Shown: positions 37,243-47,740 of the stretch, piece after piece
How the letters are laid out: every line of letters starts with the position of its first letter
Numbering within the stretch: the first letter of the stretch is position 1
Assembly: GCA_023380755.1 (NCBI GenBank)
Contig: JAMCSD010000006.1
Span: 39,841-103,840, forward strand
Origin: Patescibacteria group bacterium
GTDB taxonomy: Bacteria; Patescibacteriota; Microgenomatia; UBA12405
Length of the DNA: 64,000 nucleotides
Direction of reading: 5' to 3'
Program-made: the position numbers and the translations under genes
The notes under the pieces: generated by a model
The model's input: only the letters and a program-made list of their open reading frames with translations
The model's database searches: none
What the model was told of the DNA's origin: nothing

Positions 37243-38535
37243 ATGAAAAAAATATTACCCGTCTTGCTTCTTCCTTTATTGGCGTTAGTTATTCGGTTTC
37301 CGGTTTTAGCCGATTCCCTGTCAGTTAATTTTGAGCCACCGACATATACAACCGGTTCAGTTAATGGTCAAGATGGTTGGACCAGTTTAGGTTCCGTCGG
37401 CTCCGGGTGTGCTGTTTATGATCATGCGGTCGATAGTAGTTTGAGTACTGTCGGTTTTCAGACCCAATCCTTACGGATTTCTAATGCCGTTACCAGTGGC
37501 TGCTTTGGCGATCAAACCTTTGCTAAACCATTATTAAATGCTGTGGGAGAGTCATCCGCAACGGCTGGTAGTTTTTCCGTGGGTACCCTCCAAAATCATT
37601 TTGAAATGGCATTTGATTTAGCCTCCGCGGTTCCCGATGCCCAGCAAACCGGTCTCCATGCTTCGTTATCTCCCGACCGTGGTGACGGCTCCCGTATGAG
37701 CTACCTGCGGTTTGAAGACAATGCCGGAGGTATTGATGTTTTCTTCGATGATGTACAAGGTACCGCTAATCCCGCTAATTTTGTCGAAACAAATATCGCT
37801 ACCCTCGATCGTTCGGTCCCTCACCATTTTCAATTAACTATGGACACACTGGACGGCCCGTCCAATGATGTGGTTAAGGTGTGGATTGACGGTATACTCA
37901 AAATTACTGGTACAAGTTGGGAAAATTATTATCGATACGACAGTGAAGCTGCTTCTGAACAGTCACCACGGATTGTCAAAACTGTACTTTTTCGAACTAG
38001 TGGCGATGCTGCTCCAGCAACCTCTGGTCACGGATTTCTGTTCGACAATCTGAGTCTTACCTCGGAAACGCCCACGCCTGTTTCTGTTCCGATAATAACT
38101 TTTCCGGTTAACGGTACAACGCTCACCACTGCTGCCTTAACCAAAGTTGATTGGACTGATTCGACCGGTACCTTTTCACCGTTTACTTATCAGTATGAAG
38201 CTTATTCCGATTCAACTTATACCAATCTCGTTTATCAAAGTGGTTGGCTAACCAGCTCGGAAATTCCTACACCCGGTACTCCCGAAGGTACCTATTATGT
38301 CCGGGTCAGAGCTCAGGATGCTGAAAACAACTTCAGTGACTGGAGTAACGGTTCTGGCAGTCCTTATTATTTTGTCGTCAGCAATATTGCTCCTCCGGTC
38401 GGTCCACCCACCGGTATGGATCAGTGCAAAAACAGTGGCTGGCAAAGCTTTAATAACCCGACCTTCAAAAACCAGGGTGACTGTGTTAGCTATGTCCAAA
38501 GCAGCCCCAAGGCTTCAGGTAATAAGAATAAGTAA
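37243..38535 (+). CDS. secreted beta-rich protein with an FN3-like domain
   Basis: Signal peptide, GSVNGQDGW, GTYYVRVRAQD...SDWS, C-terminal CKNSGWQ...FKNQGDCVSY. Confidence 0.75.
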   Translation: MKKILPVLLLPLLALVIRFPVLADSLSVNFEPPTYTTGSVNGQDGWTSLGSVGSGCAVYDHAVDSSLSTVGFQTQSLRISNAVTSGCFGDQTFAKPLLNAVGESSATAGSFSVGTLQNHFEMAFDLASAVPDAQQTGLHASLSPDRGDGSRMSYLRFEDNAGGIDVFFDDVQGTANPANFVETNIATLDRSVPHHFQLTMDTLDGPSNDVVKVWIDGILKITGTSWENYYRYDSEAASEQSPRIVKTVLFRTSGDAAPATSGHGFLFDNLSLTSETPTPVSVPIITFPVNGTTLTTAALTKVDWTDSTGTFSPFTYQYEAYSDSTYTNLVYQSGWLTSSEIPTPGTPEGTYYVRVRAQDAENNFSDWSNGSGSPYYFVVSNIAPPVGPPTGMDQCKNSGWQSFNNPTFKNQGDCVSYVQSSPKASGNKNK

Positions 38536-38555
38536 TTTTTGTTCGAGGAGTTATC

Positions 38556-38583
38556 ACAGCCCATCGCCATTGATGGGCTGTTT
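38556..38583 (+). terminator. probable intrinsic terminator
   Basis: ACAGCCCATC GCCATT GATGGGCTGT followed by TT. Confidence 0.6.
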
Positions 38584-38683
38584 GGTTAACAAGCTGCTTA
38601 TCAAAAGCCCCCTACTGTTGACTCTTTATCCCAAAGGTTCTACAATTCCATCAATCAGTGTAAGTTACCGAGAATATTTATCT

Positions 38684-39493
38684 ATGAGAGAAATACTTCG
38701 GTCTTTTGATAACGCTCTAGTTGACTTTCGGTGGACCTGGCTCCGGCCTCTTCAGGAATACAGCCTCAGAAAAAAATGTGTCGCTGAAATCTTAACTGCG
38801 GCCAAAAACGCCGATATCCATTTAAACAGTACCTGCCTCTCCGCCAGCCGGCGTCCCCGGACTAAGACAGATAATTCTGCGGTCTGGATGTTGGCCCAAT
38901 TAAAAGAGAGGGGAGGTGACTACACCCCCACCTTTTTTGTTGATAACGGTTCACAACCCACCCCGGCTGATTTTTATAACTGGAATTATGCCCGTATTGG
39001 CGGCATTACCAATGAACAGTACCCCCGTGAATCCGGCGACTATCAACAGATCCGAAGGGGAATTGAACATACTATCCATCCGGAATTCGAAGAGGCTTAT
39101 CGTGACTGTCAACGGCGCTATCAGGAAGACCTGGCCCAATGGCACCATGATTATCAGGCCTGGGCAGAAAAGCCCAGCGCCTATTGGGAAGCTCTCGCTC
39201 GATCACAAACCCACGAATGTCCCACCTGTTACGGTCAGGGTACCCATGGTACCGGCCAGTCAGGCATTGGTGACGTTTATTGTGAAGAGTGCGGTGGCGG
39301 CGGCTTCAGTGGCCCCAGTCCCGAAAAAATTAGAGGTTCTGCCGAACCTTCCCAACCCGCCGACTGCGCTCCAAGTATCCGCCGCCGGGAGGAGGAACGG
39401 ATAAATCAGGAGCTGAAACGGCGTGGCCTTCGTCCTCCGCGCCCGGAATTTCCTGCTTATGTTCGTTTTGCCTCGGGAGAGGGGATTAAATAA
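38684..39493 (+). CDS. hypothetical protein with a DnaJ-type CxxCxGxG zinc finger
   Basis: CPTCYGQG...CEECGGGG. The start is moved to ATG 38684 because the track start overlaps the upstream gene and terminator. Confidence 0.6.
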   Translation: MREILRSFDNALVDFRWTWLRPLQEYSLRKKCVAEILTAAKNADIHLNSTCLSASRRPRTKTDNSAVWMLAQLKERGGDYTPTFFVDNGSQPTPADFYNWNYARIGGITNEQYPRESGDYQQIRRGIEHTIHPEFEEAYRDCQRRYQEDLAQWHHDYQAWAEKPSAYWEALARSQTHECPTCYGQGTHGTGQSGIGDVYCEECGGGGFSGPSPEKIRGSAEPSQPADCAPSIRRREEERINQELKRRGLRPPRPEFPAYVRFASGEGIK

Positions 39494-39715
39494 ATCTACC
39501 CAATATATTTATAAAGATCCGATAGTAAGGTAAATAAAAAATTTGACAACCACCACTGCTCTACCTATAAAGTATTTATCAGAGTTATCACTTTAAGTAT
39601 AAATAAGTCTTCTCCTAACTGTGGTTGTCATGGGCGTTGGCATCGGTTTCCGCTTTGATCTTTAGTAAAAAGAATAATACTACTTCAATTAATCCGTGTT
39701 TATAATTAGAAGTAA

Positions 39716-42067
39716 ATGGTTCCCGGTTTATCTTCAACTCAAGCCCAATTACTGCTCCAAAAAAATGGCCGGAATGAAATTCCCGAGAAACAACCGAGTT
39801 TATTTCAAAAAGTAACCAAAAATCTACTTTCTCCGATTGCCCTGATGCTCTTTTTGGCTTCTATTTTGTCCTTTATTCTGGGCAAAAATTTTGATGGTTA
39901 CTTTATCCTTTTCCTTCTGATCATCAATATCGCCATTACCCTGTGGCAGGAAAATAAAGCCGATAACGCCATTAAAAAACTAAATCAGCGTCTAGAACAA
40001 AAGATTAAGGTTTGGCGTGACCAAAAATGGCAATACCTTAATGCCCGTTCCCTCGTAGTCGGCGACGTTATCCAGCTGGCCTCCGGCGAGATTATCCCTG
40101 CTGACGGCCAAATTCTTGAAGCCCACCACCTCTCTGTTAACGAATCAGCTCTGACAGGGGAGTCGCTCCCTAAAGATAAGAAAGAAAATGATGATTTGTT
40201 TTCCGGCGCCTACATTGCCAGCGGTGTTGGCCTTATCAAAATTACGGCTACCGGTGTTCACACCCGTTTTGGCCAAACTCTTTTTTCCGTTGACAAGGTT
40301 AGTAAACAATCCCTTTTGGAGAAGGACATTATTAACATTTCCCAATTCTTAACCCTCTTAAGTTTATTAGCCGTTGTTCTCCTTACTACTGTCTTTATTA
40401 TTAAAAAAGCCTCGATCCTGGAACTACTTACGTTGGATCTTAGTCTGATTATCGCCGGCGTTCCCGTCAGTCTTCCGACGGTAATGACTCTGATCATTGA
40501 ATTTGGTGTCATTAACTTGTCACAAAAAAATGTTATTGTACGCCGGCTCTCCGCTTTGCAGGATTTAGCTAATGTCAACTTTCTTCTTACCGATAAAACT
40601 GGTACTTTAACCAAAAATCAAATTAGCATTCAAGATATCTATGCTTATGATGGCTTTACCCACAACGATGTTATTGCCTATGCCGCGATCTTGGCTTCAT
40701 TTGAAAGCGATAACCCCATTGACATGGCAATTTCCGAAAAAGCCCAAGAATTGCACCTTAACCCGCCCCGCTTTACCAAAATTGATTTTATCCCTGCCGA
40801 TTCCCTCCGCAAGCGCGGCACTATTATTATTAATAAAAATCACCGGAACTTGGTTATTTCTATCGGTGCGCCTCAGGTTATCGCATCCCGCTGTCGATTA
40901 GATCAGGCCACTAGAGAAAAATTTATTCGGGAGATTGAAACTTTAGCCAAAGATGGTTATCGGACCATTGCTGTGGCTACTGTAAATGGTACCGAGGAGA
41001 AAAAAATGAAGATGGTTGGCCTTATTGCCCTCTCCGACACTCTGCGGCCCGAGGCTAAATCAGTCATCCAGTTCCTAAAAGAAAACGGTGTTGGGGTCAG
41101 TTTGGTAACTGGCGACAATAGTGCTATCGCTAAAAACGTGACCCAACAGTTGATCCTCGACGAGGGCAGCGTCATTACTAAAAACACCCTGGAAAGAATC
41201 AACTGGTCGTCAATAGATGCTCAATTTTTTTATCATACTGGAGCCTTCGCCGAAATTTTGCCCGAAGACAAGTTTAAATTAATCCAAAAGGCTAAACAAT
41301 TTTTCGTGGTTGCTGCCAATGGGGATGGCATTAATGATCTCCCGGCGGTTAAAGCTGCCAACGTCGGGATGGCTGTCAATAATGCTGTTACTGTCCTTAA
41401 ATCTACTGCCGACATCGTCCTTCTCTCCGAAGGCATCAGTGTTATTAAAGACGCCATTATCGAGAGCCGAAAAATTTTTGAAAGAATTTATATCTACTCT
41501 CTATACCGTATTTCTGAAAGTTTCCGTTTGATTATTACTATCGCTATTTTGGGAATTATATATGGTTCGTACCCTCTGACGGCATTACAAATCATTCTGA
41601 TTGCTTTATTGAACGATATTCCGATCATTTCCTTAGCTTTTGACATAGTAAAGACCACAAACCGTCCTGCCAAGATTAATGTTAAAAGCCGGTTTGTTCT
41701 TAGTTCTTTGTATGGTCTGGTTGGCGTGGCCAACAGTCTCTTGCTATTTTTTATTGCTAATAAAATTTGGCATCTCGATTGGAAAATTATTCAAACCTTG
41801 TATTTTCTAAAACTTACCGTCTCTGGTCATATGTTAATTTATGTAGCCCACACTAAGCAGCGTTGGTGGCAATTCTTCCCCAGCCGGGAAGTAGTTTGGT
41901 CGACCGTGCTGACTCAAATTGCTGCCACCATTCTTGCTTTCACCGGTTTTCTAATGCCAAGCCGGTTGTTGCTTTGGCAAATTGCTTTTGTCTGGATTTG
42001 GGCCTTCTTCTGGATGCAAATCAGTGAAATTACCAAATCATTTTCTCCCGCTCAGTCACCAAACTAA
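39716..42067 (+). CDS. P-type ATPase (P3A H+-pump-like)
   Basis: LTGESLP, GVPVSLP, DKTGTLT, TGD, GDGIND, ALLNDIP. Confidence 0.92.
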   Translation: MVPGLSSTQAQLLLQKNGRNEIPEKQPSLFQKVTKNLLSPIALMLFLASILSFILGKNFDGYFILFLLIINIAITLWQENKADNAIKKLNQRLEQKIKVWRDQKWQYLNARSLVVGDVIQLASGEIIPADGQILEAHHLSVNESALTGESLPKDKKENDDLFSGAYIASGVGLIKITATGVHTRFGQTLFSVDKVSKQSLLEKDIINISQFLTLLSLLAVVLLTTVFIIKKASILELLTLDLSLIIAGVPVSLPTVMTLIIEFGVINLSQKNVIVRRLSALQDLANVNFLLTDKTGTLTKNQISIQDIYAYDGFTHNDVIAYAAILASFESDNPIDMAISEKAQELHLNPPRFTKIDFIPADSLRKRGTIIINKNHRNLVISIGAPQVIASRCRLDQATREKFIREIETLAKDGYRTIAVATVNGTEEKKMKMVGLIALSDTLRPEAKSVIQFLKENGVGVSLVTGDNSAIAKNVTQQLILDEGSVITKNTLERINWSSIDAQFFYHTGAFAEILPEDKFKLIQKAKQFFVVAANGDGINDLPAVKAANVGMAVNNAVTVLKSTADIVLLSEGISVIKDAIIESRKIFERIYIYSLYRISESFRLIITIAILGIIYGSYPLTALQIILIALLNDIPIISLAFDIVKTTNRPAKINVKSRFVLSSLYGLVGVANSLLLFFIANKIWHLDWKIIQTLYFLKLTVSGHMLIYVAHTKQRWWQFFPSREVVWSTVLTQIAATILAFTGFLMPSRLLLWQIAFVWIWAFFWMQISEITKSFSPAQSPN

Positions 42068-42077
42068 TCTTTCCTGA

Positions 42078-43136
42078 TTATTTCGTAAATAGTGCCTCCG
42101 CGTTTTGATAGGCATATTTTTCCTGCAAATCTTTAGGTAGTCGGCCGGTAAAAGCCCGGGCAAACTCTTCAAAGAGCCGGGAAATTTGTTCGCTGTAATG
42201 CCATCCCACAAACCGGTCAGTTCCCCACATAAATCGTGTTGGGTACTTTTCGACCAGGGGTTTCCAGATGGCTAGCTGCTCGTTGAGATTTTTATTAAAA
42301 TCCCGCTTAAAATCACTGACAAACTGCTCTTCGGTATCCGTCACCAACCCGCCCCGGTCCGCATAAAGGGTCGCCGAATCAATGGAATAATAGATGTTGG
42401 GATTATCTCCCATCAGCTTATCGAGGCCGGCCATATCACTCGCCAATTGATAGCCGTGAACCATCATTTTTACATTGGGGAACGCCTTGGCTGCCCTAGC
42501 TGTGTTTTGCAGCTCATCCATATCGGGGTGGAACATCACCGGGAGATGGTATTTATCCGCGACCTTAAAGATGGCCATCAGCTTTGGACTATCAGGTTTG
42601 TCATGAGTCGCATAAAGTGCTAGCTCGCCGAGGCCGTCAAAAATACCCGGGTTGGCTGCTAACAGGGCATCAATTTTGGCGGCATCAAAAGGTACCGGGG
42701 AGAAAAAGAGATGCATCCGGTTGCCGACCTGCTGCTTAAGGTTAGCGGCATTAACCATTTTTTTATTGTTATAAAAAAAATCCGGAAAGAACGGAAAAGT
42801 AGCCGGGCTATAAAAGGCAACCGCGCTCTCGGTTTGTTCTTCGTCGAAATGGCAAAGTATCTGCTCAATCGTCACGTCTTTTTCCATCTGAGGCATGGCC
42901 ACCCCCATCATCTTTGGTTCCGGTACATTAGGGGGGCTAGGCAGATGAAAATGATCGTCAAAGAATGGCCCCTGGTAATATGGCCCATCGTTAAACTCCG
43001 GACTAAATACCCGGCTGCATGTTTTTCGGTTTTGGAGATTTTCCGTTATCACCTTTGGAGTTTTAGAAAACACGCTAAATGCCAATCCAGCTAACAAAAC
43101 CACCGCTACCGGTATGATTACCAAAATTTTTGCCAT
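42078..43136 (-). CDS. amidohydrolase_2 family protein, membrane-anchored
   Basis: FDDHFH, GLGEL, PVMFHPD, MVHG, FMWGTD, YAYQNA. Confidence 0.85.
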   Translation of the reverse strand: MAKILVIIPVAVVLLAGLAFSVFSKTPKVITENLQNRKTCSRVFSPEFNDGPYYQGPFFDDHFHLPSPPNVPEPKMMGVAMPQMEKDVTIEQILCHFDEEQTESAVAFYSPATFPFFPDFFYNNKKMVNAANLKQQVGNRMHLFFSPVPFDAAKIDALLAANPGIFDGLGELALYATHDKPDSPKLMAIFKVADKYHLPVMFHPDMDELQNTARAAKAFPNVKMMVHGYQLASDMAGLDKLMGDNPNIYYSIDSATLYADRGGLVTDTEEQFVSDFKRDFNKNLNEQLAIWKPLVEKYPTRFMWGTDRFVGWHYSEQISRLFEEFARAFTGRLPKDLQEKYAYQNAEALFTK

Positions 43137-43185
43137 AATTAAGATATCCCTCTTTTATATTTCCCGTCAATATTTTCTTGAAGAT

Positions 43186-43323
43186 TCACCCCCGCCCGAA
43201 TAGTGTCATCAGTAGGTTATAAAGCCGGACGACAACCGCAAAAAAGATCCTGATAAGCCAGTCCAAAACCACCAAGATAATTTGTTCCAGTTGGGCTAAC
43301 GCCGCCAGGAATGTTGATTCCAT
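43186..43323 (-). CDS. small hydrophobic peptide (45 aa, not in ORF track)
   Basis: MESTFLAALAQLEQIILVVLDWLIRIFFAVVVRLYNLLMTLFGRG*; TATAAT just upstream on the minus strand. Confidence 0.5.
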   Translation of the reverse strand: MESTFLAALAQLEQIILVVLDWLIRIFFAVVVRLYNLLMTLFGRG

Positions 43324-43436
43324 AGATTAATTATAGTCCTAAATTTAAACTCCAATGGTAAGTTGCACAAAAATTAATGCTTAACTTATAACTCAGTAAA
43401 ATATCGTAAAATAAAAAATTATCTGTTTTTAAATTT

Positions 43437-43997
43437 ATGCCCCCCAAAACCTTATCCGCCGAACAGCACCAAAAATTACTTGCTACCTTAAAAGCCCGTT
43501 TTGAGAAAAACAAAGGCCGTCATCCGGGTCTTGATTGGTCCAAAGTTCAAGCTCGGCTGGAAAAGAATCCTAATAAACTCTGGTCTCTTTCCGAAATGGA
43601 GCGCACCGGTGGTGAGCCCGATGTGGTCGGTCTCGATAAAAAAACTGGCGCCTATCTTTTTTACGACTGTAGCCGGGAAACCCCCGCTGGTCGTTGCAAT
43701 GCCTGTTATGACGAGGCCGCCTTAAAAGCCCGAAAAAAATTTCCCCCTAAGACTAGTGCTCAGAATTTGGCCACGGCCATGGGCGTTGACCTCTTAACTG
43801 AAGAACAATATCGGGAACTGCAAAAACTTGGCGAGTTCGATACCAAGTCCTCGAGCTGGATTAGTACTCCTGACCGGATCCGCCAACTCGGCGGCGCCCT
43901 CTTTTGCGACCGCCGCTTTGACACCGTCTTTGTCTATCACAATGGCGCTGATTCTTACTATGCCGGCCGGGGTTTTCGTAGCTCGCTTTGGGTCTAA
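43437..43997 (+). CDS. DUF4256 family protein
   Basis: LWSLSEMERTGGEPDV, LLTEEQYRELQ, YHNGADSYYAGRGFR. Confidence 0.85.
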   Translation: MPPKTLSAEQHQKLLATLKARFEKNKGRHPGLDWSKVQARLEKNPNKLWSLSEMERTGGEPDVVGLDKKTGAYLFYDCSRETPAGRCNACYDEAALKARKKFPPKTSAQNLATAMGVDLLTEEQYRELQKLGEFDTKSSSWISTPDRIRQLGGALFCDRRFDTVFVYHNGADSYYAGRGFRSSLWV

Positions 43998-44083
43998 AAA
44001 ATATTTTTACGTCTGCCTTTTTTGGCTCTTTAATTTGACACTCCCGTTTTACCGGCCAGGGGAGTAGATACCGGAAACTGCCC

Positions 44084-45898
44084 TTAAACCACCAACACTT
44101 CGGTAAATCTTTTGTCCTCACTTAATCCTTTCCTGATCATCTCTTCTTCTTCCGGACTTAAGTCCTTAATTAAAATTCTGAGCTCAAAGTCCTCTTTATC
44201 GTTATCTTGGGCAATATGGATAATATTTTTATTCGTATTGCTGATCAACTGGACGACGTCAACCAATATTTTAGGCCGGTCTTTTCCTTTTAGTTTAATG
44301 CTGGTTAACCCGAGAGCCTCCTTCGTTATTCCCGCTTCATCCAGTTCTTTTTCGATCAGTGATTGCTTAATAAAGCCGTTTCCCACCATAAAATACAAGT
44401 CATCTGCCCCCTGGCAGCCTAATTTATACAACACCGGATTTATAGAATCCCCCAAGTCGGTCAGCACCAGCAAACCCCGCGGCCGCAGTACCCCCTCGAT
44501 TACTGCCTGCCCGTTTTTAATTAAAATATCTTTCCTTTGTAATCTTCTTTGTTCCAGAATTACTTTTCTGGTTTGCGGCAAACAATAATCTTCAGTCTCG
44601 GCCAACGGTGCCCGGCGGACCTCGCCTAAATTTACCCGCACCGTACTGGCATTGGGGATGACATATGTTAACGGTTTTTCCTGGCCGTCGACCGAAATTG
44701 AATTTGCTTCGGCTAAAACTCTTAAGTTGATCATCAACGCAAAATCAACCCCCGTCGCATTTTTGGGCAAAAACCTAATACTGCCGGTGGGGGTAAACAC
44801 AAATTTCAACACGTAATCTCTTAAATCCACATTGCCCTTTTTGATTAAACTGATCACTCCCCATCGGTTAAATCTTTCCATCTCGTCAGTCACTAACACT
44901 ATTTCTACCGGGCCTTGGGAAAAGTTAATTGTGGTTTGCAATGCTTCATAGCCGTTCATTCTTTTATTGGCGCCGATAAACTCATCAAAACGCTCGTAAT
45001 CCACCATCTCTCCAAAACTCTCATGGATTACCCTCAACATTTTGTAACAATCATCCGGTGAGCCTAATTGCACCCGAAAACTCACCAAATCGTTAATATC
45101 ATTAAAATTGTCCGGATTGCCTTTTCCCCGGATGGATAACTTTTCTTGCTTTTCCCTAAGTGTCCAGTAACCGTTTTTTCTCACTTCTACCTTTCCTCCG
45201 TCGATGTTGTTTTCCCCCAATAATTGTTCCAGCCGGCTTTGGACGTTACAGCTAAAAAAGGGGTTTAATCTGGGATCCGAATCAGCCAATTGTTTTGTCC
45301 TTTTGTAGCCATCGAGGTCTAAATACTGGAAACACCAATCCTCCAACTCGGTTTTTACCTGCCACATCCCCAATGATTCGGCCAGACGGGTATACACATC
45401 CAAAGTTTCTGAGGCTTTTTCCACCTGTTTTTCCGGGCTGACAAATCCTAAGGTCCTCATATTGTGCAGCCGGTCTGCCAGTTTGATGATCGCCACCCCG
45501 GGGTTTAAGTATGTTTTGCTTAAGACCTTTTTCAGTGTTTCCAGGTCATTGCTGGTTTGCAGTTTGGTTACTCCGTCGACCAGCTCCACCACCCCCTCTC
45601 CGAACTCCGCCTGAATTTGCTTTAAGGTTACTTTGGTGTCTTCCACAGTGTCATGCAGCAGGGCAGCCGCCAGATAATCGTCGTTGGTGATTCCCCATTC
45701 GTTGACTAATATTTTTAGGACTTCAACACAGTGGCTAAAATAGGGTTCCCCGGATTTCCTTTTAATACCGTCATGTGATTTTGATGCCAGATTATAAGCC
45801 GCCACCAGTTTCTCGGAATTAAATTCGATGTCTCCAATACTTCCACCAAAACTTATCACTTCCGGGAGCATTTGCAGTGATTTTACACCATTTTTCAA
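44084..45898 (-). CDS. RelA/SpoT homolog (HD hydrolase, degenerate synthetase, TGS-like, ACT-like)
   Basis: RKSGEPYFSH, ALLHDTVEDT, IKLADRLHNMRT, VFTPTG; synthetase motifs altered. Confidence 0.9.
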   Translation of the reverse strand: MKNGVKSLQMLPEVISFGGSIGDIEFNSEKLVAAYNLASKSHDGIKRKSGEPYFSHCVEVLKILVNEWGITNDDYLAAALLHDTVEDTKVTLKQIQAEFGEGVVELVDGVTKLQTSNDLETLKKVLSKTYLNPGVAIIKLADRLHNMRTLGFVSPEKQVEKASETLDVYTRLAESLGMWQVKTELEDWCFQYLDLDGYKRTKQLADSDPRLNPFFSCNVQSRLEQLLGENNIDGGKVEVRKNGYWTLREKQEKLSIRGKGNPDNFNDINDLVSFRVQLGSPDDCYKMLRVIHESFGEMVDYERFDEFIGANKRMNGYEALQTTINFSQGPVEIVLVTDEMERFNRWGVISLIKKGNVDLRDYVLKFVFTPTGSIRFLPKNATGVDFALMINLRVLAEANSISVDGQEKPLTYVIPNASTVRVNLGEVRRAPLAETEDYCLPQTRKVILEQRRLQRKDILIKNGQAVIEGVLRPRGLLVLTDLGDSINPVLYKLGCQGADDLYFMVGNGFIKQSLIEKELDEAGITKEALGLTSIKLKGKDRPKILVDVVQLISNTNKNIIHIAQDNDKEDFELRILIKDLSPEEEEMIRKGLSEDKRFTEVLVV

Positions 45899-45988
45899 CT
45901 AATGCAATAACAACGACTGTCCCGCTTCCAACTTAGCTTCGTTTGATCCCTCCGCCAAAATTAGGTATCATTAATCAGAGGAGAATTT

Positions 45989-46444
45989 ATGGCTTTAAAG
46001 GAATTAGTTGGCAGTGGGGAGAAAATCATGCTCGTTACCCTACCCTTACTGGTCATCGGCTTAATCTTAAATTATTTATATCCTTCAGTCTTTGCCGTCG
46101 GTGGTTCGCCCGCAGTGGTCAACACCGTAGCTGTCCTCTTTTTGATTCCTGGTTTAATCATTTGGTTTTGGTCAGTGGCCCTGGTTTTAATTCATGTTCC
46201 TCACCAAAGATTAATCACTACTGGCCCCTATGTCTTAGTCCGCCATCCTTTATATACCGGTTTTGGCTTGCTGGTATTGCCCGCCGTCGGCCTGCTTCTA
46301 AATTCCTGGTTAGGCCTTCTTTTGGGGCTCATCGTTTATGGCGCCTCTCGGCTCTTTTCCCCGGAAGAGGAAAAGCATTTATCCCGCCTTTTTGGTACCC
46401 GTTGGGATGATTACCGCCGCGGGGTCAAAATTCCTTGGTTATAA
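45989..46444 (+). CDS. isoprenylcysteine carboxyl methyltransferase / PEMT family membrane protein
   Basis: LITTGPYVLVRHPLY, EEEKHL..FG..WDDY. Confidence 0.88.
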   Translation: MALKELVGSGEKIMLVTLPLLVIGLILNYLYPSVFAVGGSPAVVNTVAVLFLIPGLIIWFWSVALVLIHVPHQRLITTGPYVLVRHPLYTGFGLLVLPAVGLLLNSWLGLLLGLIVYGASRLFSPEEEKHLSRLFGTRWDDYRRGVKIPWL

Positions 46445-46484
46445 ATTTACGCCAGAAATCTTAGCTGTCCGCTATACTTCTCTC

Positions 46485-46913
46485 ATGGACCACCCCCATC
46501 CTCGTATTGGTGTCGGTGTCTTCGTTTTTAAAAATGGCCGATTCCTCATGGGTTGCCGTCGGGGTTCCCATGGCTCGGGCAGTTGGTCTGTTCCTGGTGG
46601 CCACCTGGAGTTTGGCGAAACCATTGAAACGGCTGCCAAAAGGGAAGTCAAAGAAGAAACCAACCTGGAAATCTCCCGCCTAAAAATTGCCGGTGTCACC
46701 AACGACATCTTTGAAAGTGAAGGTAAACACTACCTTACCATTTGGGTCACTAGCTTTTGGCAGAGCGGTACTCCCCGCATTATGGAGCCCGACAAATTCA
46801 TTGATTTGGACTGGTACAATTTTGATACCTTGTCCTCCAATCTCTTTTTACCCTGGCGCCAACTTTTCGAATCTGATTTTCTTTTGACCATTAAAAATTT
46901 GTTGGCTAGCTAG
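46485..46913 (+). CDS. NUDIX hydrolase (NUDT15/MutT-like)
   Basis: Nudix box PGGHLEFGETIETAAKREVKEETNL; PRIGVGV; MEPDK. Confidence 0.92.
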   Translation: MDHPHPRIGVGVFVFKNGRFLMGCRRGSHGSGSWSVPGGHLEFGETIETAAKREVKEETNLEISRLKIAGVTNDIFESEGKHYLTIWVTSFWQSGTPRIMEPDKFIDLDWYNFDTLSSNLFLPWRQLFESDFLLTIKNLLAS

Positions 46914-46923
46914 CCCCCCTTTC

Positions 46924-47733
46924 TTAATCGCTCTTAATTTCCGGCAGTAATACTTCCACCATTTTATTGATCTCGTTGCTGCTAAAACTTGATTTTTTGA
47001 TCTCCACTCGCTGCCCGTCCTGCAGCAGTTTCAAAAAATCACCAAACATTTTCCGGTCGGGGAAATCTCGGTAATCAATCAATGACAGGGGATTGCTGTC
47101 CACATCACTCGGCACTACTAAAGTTTGTTTAAAATCCTTGGCCACCTTAAATTCCCCTTCGGTTTTTGCCAAAGCTTCCAATCCTAATTCTTCTAATTTT
47201 CCTCGGTGCCGGTTAAGCCAGGCCACTGTCCGTTCTAACGTTTTTCGAATTCCCGTACCCGCCAGTTGGGAAAAACAGCGCCGGTCCAAATGCTTTCCCG
47301 ATTTAACTTCCCCCACCCCCTTTATCGTGATTCCTTCCTCGTCGACTTCCACGAAAGCTAAATCCGGATTCCGGCCGATAACCAATTCCCGGTTCCGATC
47401 ATAATCTTCCGGATTGTGTAATAGCTGCAACAATTCGGCTGCTTGTGCCGAATCCTCCTCCTGCATTTCGGCCCGGGCCAGCATTTCAAAAAACCGTCCT
47501 TTAACTGTCCTTCTTTTATCAATCTGGTGTTGGGGCAGACCCTTTCTTTGCGAATATTCATCTTCTTCCTGTTGGACTTTCCTGACGTAATTACCTAATT
47601 GTTCCGGTAAATTTGCTGGCAGTCGGTTTAAAATATTTTGCTTTCCTGACTCCTGAGGGGTTAGTGGCAGTTGATTTTCGACTGTACTGACTGTATCCGG
47701 AATCTTGTCGATCACCACACCATAGAATAGCAA
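46924..47733 (-). CDS. PD-(D/E)xK nuclease-like protein
   Basis: KGRFFE...RNPDLAFV...GVGEVKSG. Confidence 0.55.
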   Translation of the reverse strand: MLFYGVVIDKIPDTVSTVENQLPLTPQESGKQNILNRLPANLPEQLGNYVRKVQQEEDEYSQRKGLPQHQIDKRRTVKGRFFEMLARAEMQEEDSAQAAELLQLLHNPEDYDRNRELVIGRNPDLAFVEVDEEGITIKGVGEVKSGKHLDRRCFSQLAGTGIRKTLERTVAWLNRHRGKLEELGLEALAKTEGEFKVAKDFKQTLVVPSDVDSNPLSLIDYRDFPDRKMFGDFLKLLQDGQRVEIKKSSFSSNEINKMVEVLLPEIKSD

Positions 47734-47740
47734 ACTCTTA

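Noticed and set aside
38297..38683. N-terminal extension of the 398-aa ORF in the track
   Set aside because: It overlaps the upstream gene and crosses a terminator hairpin; ATG 38684 is more plausible.
39544..39630. Inverted repeat TGACAACCAC/GTGGTTGTCA upstream of the P-type ATPase as a riboswitch
   Set aside because: Only one 10-bp stem around an AT-rich spacer, with no recognisable aptamer motif; a separate TATAAT lies downstream of it, next to the ATG.
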